Of a stretch of 64,000 nt of DNA, positions 36,877 through 46,075 are shown one piece after another. Numbering within the stretch: the first letter of the stretch is position 1; each line of letters opens with the position of its first letter. The notes beneath the pieces are model-generated. The model did no database searches and was not told the DNA's origin. It was given only the letters and a program-made list of their open reading frames with translations. A program made the position numbers and the translations under genes. Source of the DNA: a virus; the IMG/VR virus record IMGVR_UViG_3300009320_000008, positions 16,339-80,338 of that record; one strand, given 5' to 3'.

Positions 36877-37790
36877 TCTTGCTTCTGGTCGCACAACATA
36901 TCAGGTTATACAGCCAGAAGCAAGACCAACATACTGTCTGGTCTCGCAAAATCCCACACCACGTGGCTACTGTTATTAGGCATAACAGGTCATAGCCACA
37001 TGATGTAAGACGGAGGTAAGTAAGAAATGAGTATCCTCGTCCTCGTGTTCTCGACTTGAAAAGCAGGTCTTGGCAGGGAGTCACACCCTGCTCGCTACGC
37101 CATCATGGTCGCACTTTATGGATTCGACTCGGCATTTCGAGTAAGAAGACGGATTATCGGGGCATCCTAATTTCTCTGCCAGAATGAGGGATTCTAACAG
37201 ATTTGGCATACCCTTTCATAACTACTCATCCGATATCAACTCAGGTTTTCTCAGATCAAAATTTCTCGGATTTTCGGCCAATCCACGCCAGACAGACTTT
37301 CACTGCCCGGTTGCGTGACATGCGGGGATTGGGGCAACCTGTCTTTCTGCACTCAGGGCGGGTGCTACAGGCCGCTGTTTTTCGGATTTTCTGCCATCTT
37401 GCACAGGCGTATCCTTGAACGCCTCAGATTGGGCTTACTTCCTAATGGGCTCCGTGGGCGGGCATACCTTCGCCACTAAGCATGATTCGTACCTCGCTAT
37501 CGCTCTCCGCACATTTCACGAGGGCTTCCTCATTGAGACTATCTGACCTGCAAGAGTCAGCGCACTGTATCCCGCATCGACGCGGCTTATTGGGGCAGTA
37601 GAAGGATTGCAGCAGATGCCCCTCATCCTCGGCCTTATTAATACTACAGGCCACCTCACCAGGCTTTTCAGCCAGTGCAAAACCTGCTCTGTCGCATCCG
37701 CCACACAGGCCGAATGAAACAGCAAAGCCCCTACGCGAATCCTTGGGGCTGTCAGTTTGAGGTTTTGCTATCATGTCTTTCTTACTCCTT
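36877..37790 (-). ncRNA. Long structured 5' leader / candidate ncRNA
   Basis: Several hairpins (36877-36925, 36963-36999, 37073-37091, about 37290-37345); little convincing coding. Confidence 0.4.
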
Positions 37791-37797
37791 GAACTAC

Positions 37798-37827
37798 ATT
37801 ATAACATTAAAAATAACATAAAGTCAA
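37798..37827 (-). promoter_or_regulatory. Strong sigma70 early promoter
   Basis: TTGACT-18nt-TATAAT with TG extended -10. Confidence 0.85.
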
Positions 37828-39013
37828 CATAAAAGTTATGTCATACCCATCTTTTCTATTCACTTCTCGGTAATTTTTCTAAGTTTCTGAATTAACTGCA
37901 CTTATTGGGATAAAACACAGTAAGAGGATTGATACAAACACGCTGAACTCCCTACTCCCACGCCTCTCCCAGATATTAAAAAACTATATCCCAAGGCATT
38001 ATACAACGGATATAAGGGATATTAACATCCAGCATAATAACACAGGATATATAAGGGAGATGTCAATCCCTCCAAGATAACGCCCAATCTCGGATACTAC
38101 ATCCTGCTATCCATGCACCTGACCTGATCAAGGAACAACAGATTCCCATTATCAGGAGACAATATCCCATACCCTAAGGTGCACTATAACCCCACTCCTT
38201 AATCAAGACCACTCTAATCAATCCTCAAAACATGTAGCATACGTCCTCAAATAATGAGGATGCATAATCCATAAGTCCAGGTAGCATACTACCTCACATG
38301 TCAGGTAGACAACAAATCAACTACATCCCTTACCAACATCCACTCTATCCGCAACCAATCCCCGACAATCAGGTAGTATAAATAACTATTAAGGTCTTTG
38401 GTCATAAGGATAGACATCCAATCCCAAGTCCTATCATACGGGGTTAACGACATCCCTACCGCAGTCCCTAACCGATCAACCTAATAAGATCCACGTCAAT
38501 CCCCGAATACGACCAATCCCTCTCCCAACTCACTGTCCAGTAAGACCCAGATAACAGCTCCACTCTATCCAAAGACCATCAACAATGCCTCCCTAACCAT
38601 ACCTGAAAGCAGATCGTATAGAGCCGGATTCAAGATAGCTAAGGATAACAAAGGCTGGGAGGTCACTCCCTATATGACAATAACCAAATACCTGCTCCTG
38701 ACCCCGCTAAAAACCCGATAGTAAGACCTCATCCCTAAAATCACCTTGAATCGATCTGCTTCCTCAAAACTTTGAAGTATGCCAAAATGGCACACCTGCA
38801 TATTTTGATGATATCACTTTGTGGCACTTTAAAAGTTTTAATACTCTATTTTGGCACATACCCCAAAATGGCATAGGCCATTTTAGACTATTAAACTTTT
38901 TAACACCGCCAATTTGGCATAGGCCAAAACGGCATAGTAGTTTTAGGGCATACTCTGCTATGGCTTTTTTATTTCACCCTGTTTTTAAAAGGCTACAGTT
39001 CGAATTCAGCCAC

Positions 39014-39050
39014 AAAAAATGCCCTACAGCTTTCGCCATAGGGCATTTTC
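39014..39050 (-). terminator. Intrinsic terminator
   Basis: AAAATGCCCTA...TAGGGCATTTT hairpin with U-tract on the minus strand. Confidence 0.8.
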
Positions 39051-39081
39051 AGTTTCAGCCTGTCAGATACAGGCCAGATTT

Positions 39082-39498
39082 TTACAGTTTGCCGATGAAA
39101 CTGTAACGTTCGTTTTCAAGGCAATTTTCGTCGAGCACGTAAGCCCGTTTCAAAGTAACAGTACGATGCCGAATAAAGGCTTTAATTTGCGATGGCCGTC
39201 TGAAATCTTTGAAGTGTTTTTTGCATGAGCCTGATTTGCCCATGCAAGCTGAAGCAACTGCCATCAATTCTTCAGCCGTAAGCCCGTCTGAAGTGTTAAT
39301 CAAGGCACGATCTAATGCCGCTGTAATGGGCCTGTTGACTTTCGCCCCGACGCCGTTCAGCCATTCTGAGGCTTCTTCAAACGTCTTGAACGATGGCACG
39401 TTCTTGACTGCCGTAGCGTAACGACAGTAACGCCCTCTGCGATCATTGCCTTTCTGTCGAATTACTTTCACTCTTTTTTTGTTAGCTGCTTTTGACAT
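39082..39498 (-). CDS. basic protein, paralog of the C-terminal domain of 34835-35608; stand-alone transcription unit
   Basis: ATG at 39498; flanked by sigma54 promoter and terminator. Confidence 0.75.
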   Translation of the reverse strand: MSKAANKKRVKVIRQKGNDRRGRYCRYATAVKNVPSFKTFEEASEWLNGVGAKVNRPITAALDRALINTSDGLTAEELMAVASACMGKSGSCKKHFKDFRRPSQIKAFIRHRTVTLKRAYVLDENCLENERYSFIGKL

Positions 39499-39570
39499 GT
39501 TGCCCTGCCTTTCGCCTCTTTTGAGGCTGCTATGTGTTTCTGCCCAGTACGGGCATTGCTTTCTTTTATA

Positions 39571-39586
39571 AGCAATTGTTGTGCCA
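39571..39586 (-). promoter_or_regulatory. sigma54 (-24/-12) promoter
   Basis: TGGCAC-AACAA-TTGCT, matching the TGGCAC-N5-TTGCW consensus. Confidence 0.8.
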
Positions 39587-39680
39587 AACATATAAAAGAC
39601 TTATCATTTCAGCGTGTTATGAAAGGCAGTTTATGGCAATGTTATGTTAGAATTATGTTATACTATTATAGTAAAATGCA

Positions 39681-39693
39681 TAACGTATTGATA
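39681..39693 (-). promoter_or_regulatory. IHF binding site
   Basis: TATCAATACGTTA matches WATCAANNNNTTR, in an AT-rich context between promoter and palindrome array. Confidence 0.65.
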
Positions 39694-39762
39694 TACTTAT
39701 ATATAAAAATTCAAGTAGCTACTATTTGTATACAATGTAGCTATACGAAAACGGGCATCCTG

Positions 39763-40163
39763 CTACAAACTATGTAGAAAAAACTACAAAAGATGTAGAC
39801 CACATAGTTTGTAGCATAAACATCATAGTATGTAGGGCAGCATGATTTGTACGTAGTGTTACGTTTCGATACAGCTACATATTATGAGGATGTTTTCGAC
39901 ATTTTGTGTAGTAGGGCTACAGAGTTTGGGAATTGATGACTTGTGCGTAGACATATGTTACATTTCGATACACTGTTTCATATCGTAACACATCCTCATA
40001 ATTTGTAGTATCTACATAGTTTGAGGTAACACAATTATATCATCTACATAGTTTGAGGTACAATGTCTGATAACATGTATTATGTAAACTTTTGCACTAT
40101 ATGTGCAGGGATATGCACAAATGATGCATCAAATAATGAGGATAGCCCCTACATATTATGAGG
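39763..40163. repeat. Array of about 13 15-bp quasi-palindromes C(T/C)(A/T)CA-N5-TG(T/A)(A/G)G
   Basis: Copies at 39763, 39784, 39800, 39821, 39838, 39875, 39897, 39917, 39994, 40012, 40044, 40127, 40149 (also 38223, 38245); some are degenerate. Confidence 0.85.
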
Positions 40164-40445
40164 TGGCCCCTCGATTTACTTTGAAGCCGCCCCTTTGTCG
40201 TCTGGCCGGGGGTACCCACCATAAAATTTTTTCCACACTTCTCCAGAAAGTGTTTTATCCCACCACCCATATAAAAACGGTACTTTAACCCCCTCCCTGA
40301 CTCATCAACGACATCCCCGCCTGTCAATAAGATTAAATGGACTACGGAGTGGGCAAATTAAAGAATACATAGTAATCCCCATTGTTTATCGTTTTAACCT
40401 ATCCATCACTTAGTAGAACTCTTACGGGGCGAAAATTAAAAGTAC

Positions 40446-40475
40446 TTGACAGGGATGTGTGGTTTTTGTTATGAA
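40446..40475 (+). promoter_or_regulatory. candidate sigma70 promoter for the packaging/late arm
   Basis: TTGACA-18nt-TATGAA with TG extension. Confidence 0.5.
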
Positions 40476-40561
40476 TTGTTATGTGGAAGTTATGTTGTTT
40501 TCCCGATTGTGGACTCATAATCTACTCGATGTACATCTTTTAAGGACAAGGAATTTTATCC

Positions 40562-41167
40562 ATGGCACATGTATTTCCCCCCAAATTTAGAGAGAACCAC
40601 GGGAAGTTAATGATAAGGAAGGGAGAGTTTTATACCATTAACAACCTGTTTAACACATGGGAGATTATACCGGATTGTACTGCGTTTCATCCAAATCCTT
40701 GTGTGGCAATGAATATGTGCCATCATGGTAAGGAGGTTGGAAGTAAGTGCGGAGTACAGACCGAGTATATGGAAGTAATCACCGAAATTATTATCAGGAA
40801 CTTCAAGGAGGAGCTGTCGGAGTCGGATTTGTACAGGGTAGGGATGCATCTTATCCCATTGTATAATGTCTTATGTAAGCTGAAGATTGCTATGGTAGGG
40901 GTGGAGCAGGTTACTGTCCACGGTCCTCGGGGAGGGATTGCTATGCATCCGATCTTTAAGGAGTTTCGGCAGCAGATCAAGATTATCGAGGATACGTGGA
41001 AGAGTATCGGTATATCGGAGTTCCCTGATCCTCATAGTCCTTTGGGACCACGTAAGAAGAAGGGTAAACGTCCGCCTTTGGGTATGAAGAAAGCGGGAGA
41101 TGGACACGTTACTTACTACTCCAAGATGGAGGCGGAGGCCTTGGGTAATGGAACTCCTTCTAAGTAA
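40562..41167 (+). CDS. putative terminase small subunit
   Basis: Directly upstream of TerL; G.RGG..MHP....RQ..K..ED.W..IG pattern. Confidence 0.7.
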   Translation: MAHVFPPKFRENHGKLMIRKGEFYTINNLFNTWEIIPDCTAFHPNPCVAMNMCHHGKEVGSKCGVQTEYMEVITEIIIRNFKEELSESDLYRVGMHLIPLYNVLCKLKIAMVGVEQVTVHGPRGGIAMHPIFKEFRQQIKIIEDTWKSIGISEFPDPHSPLGPRKKKGKRPPLGMKKAGDGHVTYYSKMEAEALGNGTPSK

Positions 41168-43046
41168 ACGGACTATAGAGGCCCATGCTCCAAGGGTTTA
41201 TGTTCCGGGAGATTATAGGGACGGGGCGGAGGGGATGATAGATTGGTGTAATACCCATGTCTGTGTTCCTATATATCCGATCAATGAGGATGGGAAAGCG
41301 TTGTATTCGGAATGGTGTTTGTTAGGGGAGTTGCCGGATACCTTACATCCTAAGACCAAAAAATCATATAAACAGATGTGGGAGGCGCAGCAGGAGATAC
41401 TCCGGGAAGCCTTACGAATGGAAGATGGAGAGTTCGTATACCGGTTGCTTATCTTCTGTTGGATGCGTGGTGAAGGGAAGTCGTTATTAGCGGTCTTAAT
41501 ACAATTGTGGAAGTTTTTCAACTGGCCGCGTCAACAGATCATGCTTGGTGCTAACTCGAAAGACCAGGTTAAGTTCGTTCACTTTGATATTATGAGGGAT
41601 ATTATCATCAACAGTCCCCGGTTGATGGAGATGGTCGGCCCTCGGGGGAATATACAGGAGAAGGAGATACGGCTGAAGGACGATTATGGGGACATTAAAT
41701 CCCTGATTCGCAGTATCTCATCTTTTAGTGGTATCGTGTCTAATATTACGGGGTATACGTTCTCCGAGATATTTGACATGAAGAAACCGAAATTCTTTAC
41801 TCAGCTTGATGGATCTATTCGTAACATTCCCAATGCCCTCGGTGTGATCGATTCTACGGTATCATCCAAACTGCATGTTTTGTACCGGTTGTATGAAAAC
41901 TTTACTTTAGGGAAGACCAAGGCGGTCTTCTTTTCATACCGGTGTTCGACTGATGCTGATTTATTGGATTATTGGAATCCCAATATGACGGAAGATCAGT
42001 TGTCAGATTATCAGGTTAAGTTTCCCTTTGGGGAGTTCGAACGGTACTTCCAGAATTTGTGGAGTGCAGGTATCGACCAAGTGTTTTCATCGGAGATGAT
42101 TGAGGAGATGGGGATACTTGGATGTGATGGAGGGATATTGAATCACTCTGATATTAGGGAGACATTGGTTGAGAGGAATAAGCTTGTAGAGGTGTTGGGG
42201 GAATTGAAGGGAAGGGGACTCAATACCAAGTTTAGGCGAATACAGGATGCTACATTCCGAGTAGATGCATATAATGATCGGTTGAAGTCTGTCGAGAATC
42301 TTTACCATATAAGCGAATTCAATGCTCCGTGTGTTCCGGACTTCTTATCGTTTCAGAATTTGACGGACGTGTTTGATACCCATTTTGCATTGATGGCTGG
42401 AGTTGACTTTGGGGATCCTTTTGCCCTTAACTCTCCTGCCAAGACGATACTGGTAGTCGTTGCCAAGGGACTACCGGGAAGTAGATCCTCCCCCTACCAA
42501 TTTGTGGCAGGGCAGTCCGATCCTCGTTATCTATACCTGGTATTATATGTTACCGCTATTAACAAGCACGATCATGGTCTTGTCAAACAGGAGCTGGATG
42601 TTATTCATACAGGGTTTGAAGGAGTGGACGTTCTTTGCTCGGAGCGTTACGGTGCTTGGGATATTCAAGGGTGGTGTGACGACCGGGGAATTGACTTCCA
42701 ACCTATACATCCTACGTATGATAAACAGAAGGAAGCTTTCAAAGCGGTTCTTGAGCCTGTAAGGGATGGGAGATACAAATGCCCCCCAACGGGAGTTCCT
42801 GGAGTTAAAAAGAGAGATATCATTCAGGAAGAGTTCGCTATGTTCAATCATGACGATAACAAGAAGTGGTTTGGAAGCACTGAAAAGGGAGAGAACGCTG
42901 GAGTGCAGGATGACTTCATGTTTGCTAATGCGTGGTGTATATATGGTGGACGAAATCTGTCTGTGGCTGATTTCCGCATCAGACAAGGCATATTGAACTT
43001 CGGTACGTTTGTTCCTGGAACTGGCCTGTTAGGAAATTACGCTTAA
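41148..43046 (+). CDS. terL: terminase large subunit
   Basis: Walker A RGEGKS, ANSKDQ, IDST; nuclease GVDFG...QDD. Confidence 0.9.
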   Translation: MELLLSKRTIEAHAPRVYVPGDYRDGAEGMIDWCNTHVCVPIYPINEDGKALYSEWCLLGELPDTLHPKTKKSYKQMWEAQQEILREALRMEDGEFVYRLLIFCWMRGEGKSLLAVLIQLWKFFNWPRQQIMLGANSKDQVKFVHFDIMRDIIINSPRLMEMVGPRGNIQEKEIRLKDDYGDIKSLIRSISSFSGIVSNITGYTFSEIFDMKKPKFFTQLDGSIRNIPNALGVIDSTVSSKLHVLYRLYENFTLGKTKAVFFSYRCSTDADLLDYWNPNMTEDQLSDYQVKFPFGEFERYFQNLWSAGIDQVFSSEMIEEMGILGCDGGILNHSDIRETLVERNKLVEVLGELKGRGLNTKFRRIQDATFRVDAYNDRLKSVENLYHISEFNAPCVPDFLSFQNLTDVFDTHFALMAGVDFGDPFALNSPAKTILVVVAKGLPGSRSSPYQFVAGQSDPRYLYLVLYVTAINKHDHGLVKQELDVIHTGFEGVDVLCSERYGAWDIQGWCDDRGIDFQPIHPTYDKQKEAFKAVLEPVRDGRYKCPPTGVPGVKKRDIIQEEFAMFNHDDNKKWFGSTEKGENAGVQDDFMFANAWCIYGGRNLSVADFRIRQGILNFGTFVPGTGLLGNYA

Positions 43047-43197
43047 AAATCATTTATTTATATTGGTATGCGTAACTAAGTGTTACGGAGTGCTGATTAG
43101 GACTATTGACTTTTACCTTGAAGTGTGTTTTCCTGGAATCATATTTATTCTTTTGCGTGTTTTGGGATCATACGATATGTAGTATAAAGGGCTTTAA

Positions 43198-44805
43198 ATG
43201 GACGCTTTAAAAGATTTCGATAAAAACCTGAATATGCTGAAAGAGGTTCCTGCCGAAGTTCTCCAAAGAATTTCTTTTACTATGCCGTGGCAACATGACC
43301 CAAACACCGGTGATTACGTTGATCCCGATGGGTTTTCACCTGTTTGGGATATAAATAAAGAAGAATCCGCCGCTGTTCGTGATCTTTTACAGGCAACTTG
43401 CTGGAATAAATTCCAAAGAAACCCCCAAATCAATACAGCAGTCCGTGGAATGATGGGCAGATTAACGGGATTTGGTTACGAATCCTCATCTGGGGAGTGG
43501 AAAGTCCAGCAAGCCATTGAGGAAATTGAGGAAGATCCTCGAAATCGCTTGTATACCTTCTGGCCCAAGTATGTTGGAAGGGCTTACGTAGAAGGTGAAT
43601 TGTTCCTTCTTCTCACATTACACCTGGATGGGTTTGTTGAAGTGGACTTTATCGACCCAAGGCTTGTTAAGGGAGGGGGAACAGACGATACAGGAATTAT
43701 CTTTCACTCTCGTAAACGAACTATGCCTTTATTCTATAACGTTGATTTTGATGGGAACGGGGAGTTTGAGCAGATTCCATCGATTTTCGTAGGCCGGTAC
43801 CCTTCTCTTGTGGCTGATGCACAGGCCCAAAAGAGCTTTGAAGGGAGTTATGATCGGAAACGACAGTCGGCAAGCCGGTCTTTAAAGCACAAATTCAGAC
43901 CGTTGGGAGGCTACAGGCGTTTCATGGTATCTTGGGATATGGGACTCATAACTCGGAGATCTGTCTCTTACCTCAGGACGACAATCCAATGGCTCAATCA
44001 TTATGAAAATCTTAAGCGGTATGAAATAGACCATAAAAAGTCGAGTGGAGCTTACGCATGGGTTTTTAGTTTTGAGGATGTGAAAGCTTTTCAAACTTGG
44101 TTATCCCTTACAGACGACCAAAGACGGAAAACAGGAATCGCTCAGAAGATGGTACCCGGTAGTAGACTTGTTCTTCCCCCTGGAATGACTGTCAAGGCCG
44201 AAAATCCCAATCTTACCTCCATTAAAGATCAAGATACGGATATTCTTCAGATGGTCATTAGCGGGCTGAACGAACCATCCGATGTTACTACCGGGAGCCC
44301 TTCTGGGCCATTCTCATCCGTTAAAGCGGCAAGGGGGCCGATGTCGGATAGAACATCCGATGAAATTTCCTATTTCGAGAATTTCCTCAGATTCGACTTT
44401 TGGGGGAGTATCTTCTTTCTGAAGAAAACAATTGGAACATTTCCTGAGTTCTTGAGAGTCAAAAAGGCTGTTGGGTGGGAAGAACAAGAACCCGTTTTTA
44501 AAAAGGTCCCACGCAGACCGGAGAAACTGATCGAATTTCAATTCCCGACTTCAGAGACAATCGATTCCGAAGGTAGGGCAAGGGCATTTCTTGGGGTTAA
44601 GCATGGTCCGATATCAGAAACGCTCGGAATTCCCAATAAGGAAGTGGCGAGAAGACTTGGTGTTGGTGGTTATGCTAAAGCTCGATTGGACAAAGCGACA
44701 GAGGATGATACGTATCCTGAACTTGTTTATACAGTTGATGCGGAGTCTTTGCAAGAAAGCACGGAAGGTGAACCTTCTAAAAATGATAAGAAAGAGAACG
44801 AATAA
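43198..44805 (+). CDS. portal protein
   Basis: Follows TerL; 535 aa; NPQI..AV, GELFL, FIDP. Confidence 0.85.
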   Translation: MDALKDFDKNLNMLKEVPAEVLQRISFTMPWQHDPNTGDYVDPDGFSPVWDINKEESAAVRDLLQATCWNKFQRNPQINTAVRGMMGRLTGFGYESSSGEWKVQQAIEEIEEDPRNRLYTFWPKYVGRAYVEGELFLLLTLHLDGFVEVDFIDPRLVKGGGTDDTGIIFHSRKRTMPLFYNVDFDGNGEFEQIPSIFVGRYPSLVADAQAQKSFEGSYDRKRQSASRSLKHKFRPLGGYRRFMVSWDMGLITRRSVSYLRTTIQWLNHYENLKRYEIDHKKSSGAYAWVFSFEDVKAFQTWLSLTDDQRRKTGIAQKMVPGSRLVLPPGMTVKAENPNLTSIKDQDTDILQMVISGLNEPSDVTTGSPSGPFSSVKAARGPMSDRTSDEISYFENFLRFDFWGSIFFLKKTIGTFPEFLRVKKAVGWEEQEPVFKKVPRRPEKLIEFQFPTSETIDSEGRARAFLGVKHGPISETLGIPNKEVARRLGVGGYAKARLDKATEDDTYPELVYTVDAESLQESTEGEPSKNDKKENE

Positions 44806-44825
44806 TTTTAACGGAGGATAGGAGG

Positions 44826-46013
44826 ATGGCTAAAAAACTGGAGAAAGTCCCGAATGGTGCATTAAGGCTTGTCGATGTTGGTTCTTCTGTTGCCTGTGCG
44901 TTTGCCGAAGACGGAGCCGATGGAAAAAAACTCCGTATGGTGGCGTATTCAGGGGGTATAATCAAGGACCATTGGTGGTGGGATGATCTGGCAATCGATG
45001 TTTCCGGAGTGAAGTTTGATCGTGCTAAGTTCCCGGTTTTGGAACAGCATGATACACGGAAGAAGGTTGCGTTCTCCAAGAAACCCCTCAAAGAAAACAA
45101 TCAGCTTGTTCTCAATCCAGATACGACTGTCTTTGTAGACACCCCTTTCAGTGAGGAGTTCCAAAAGCTGTCTCAACAGGGCTTTCCTTATCAGGCAAGT
45201 ATTTATGCCATTCCAACAAAGGTTGAGCGTATTTCGGAGGGATCAAAAGCTGAAGTGAATGGTTTTACGATGAAGGGTCCGGCAACGATTTGGCGTGAAT
45301 GTTTCTATCAGGAAGCATCTGTCTGTGTGTTCGGATGGGACAAGAAAACCGAGTCCCGGGCTTTTTCACGAGAGGAAAAGACCGAGCTTGAAATTGAGGA
45401 GCTTGGACTCAGCGTCGATGAGGACGTACAAGATGAATCTTCAACCCAGGAAGAGGAGGTGAATTCGATGGATCTCAAAGAGTTTAAAGAGAAATTTGCG
45501 GATGTGGCGGAGGAATTCGCTATGGAAATCAGGCTTGCCGTTACCAAGGAAAAGGACAAAGAGTTCGACAAGGAGCGTGAGACCTTTAACTCCCAGTTGG
45601 GCGATATGTCCAAGCGGCTGGATGAAAGCGATGAGCGGATTGCCAAATTCGAAAAATCGGAAACGATCCGGACCGAGAACGAACTCCGGGTGGAGGCCGA
45701 CAAGATTTGGGATGTTGCATTGGCGAAATCCGAACTCCGGGAAAGCCTGTATCCCAAGGTCCGCAAGCATGTTTCTTACTCCAAATTCGTGAATGAAAAC
45801 GTTTTGGACGTGGAGAAGTTTGCGGAGACCGTTGCTGGAGAGATTTCGGATTGGGAAGGCCGTACCAAATCTGAGGACGTGGTTCTTGGCACAGGAACCG
45901 GAGGCCGTTCCGCACTTGGTGCCGATGGGGCGGATGACGACAAGGAAAAACTCGCAAACAAGGAACGTACCAGTTCCCTGCTTGCCTTGGCGGGACACAA
46001 GGAGGACAAATAA
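44826..46013 (+). CDS. prohead protease fused to scaffold-like coiled coil
   Basis: AYSGG, PVLEQH, YQASI, EASVCVFGWD; acidic helical C-terminal half. Confidence 0.85.
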   Translation: MAKKLEKVPNGALRLVDVGSSVACAFAEDGADGKKLRMVAYSGGIIKDHWWWDDLAIDVSGVKFDRAKFPVLEQHDTRKKVAFSKKPLKENNQLVLNPDTTVFVDTPFSEEFQKLSQQGFPYQASIYAIPTKVERISEGSKAEVNGFTMKGPATIWRECFYQEASVCVFGWDKKTESRAFSREEKTELEIEELGLSVDEDVQDESSTQEEEVNSMDLKEFKEKFADVAEEFAMEIRLAVTKEKDKEFDKERETFNSQLGDMSKRLDESDERIAKFEKSETIRTENELRVEADKIWDVALAKSELRESLYPKVRKHVSYSKFVNENVLDVEKFAETVAGEISDWEGRTKSEDVVLGTGTGGRSALGADGADDDKEKLANKERTSSLLALAGHKEDK

Positions 46014-46075
46014 TATAGGCAAATCGTTTGTTGCAATTGGAATTAATTTAAAACCATTTGAGGAGGTGAAAACTT

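Noticed and set aside
26326-36925. Integron cassette array (attC sites)
   Set aside because: Hairpins lack consistent RYYYAAC...GTTRRRY ends, no integrase is in the window, and G-U pairing favours RNA structure
37203-37220. Second sigma54 promoter (TGGCAT-ACCCT-TTCA)
   Set aside because: The -12 GC is missing
39499-39591. 31-aa N-terminal extension of ORF 39082-39591
   Set aside because: It overlaps the sigma54 promoter; ATG at 39498 is the better start
39763-40163. Repeat array as a mini-CRISPR
   Set aside because: Units are 15-bp degenerate palindromes with 1-70-bp irregular gaps; no cas genes
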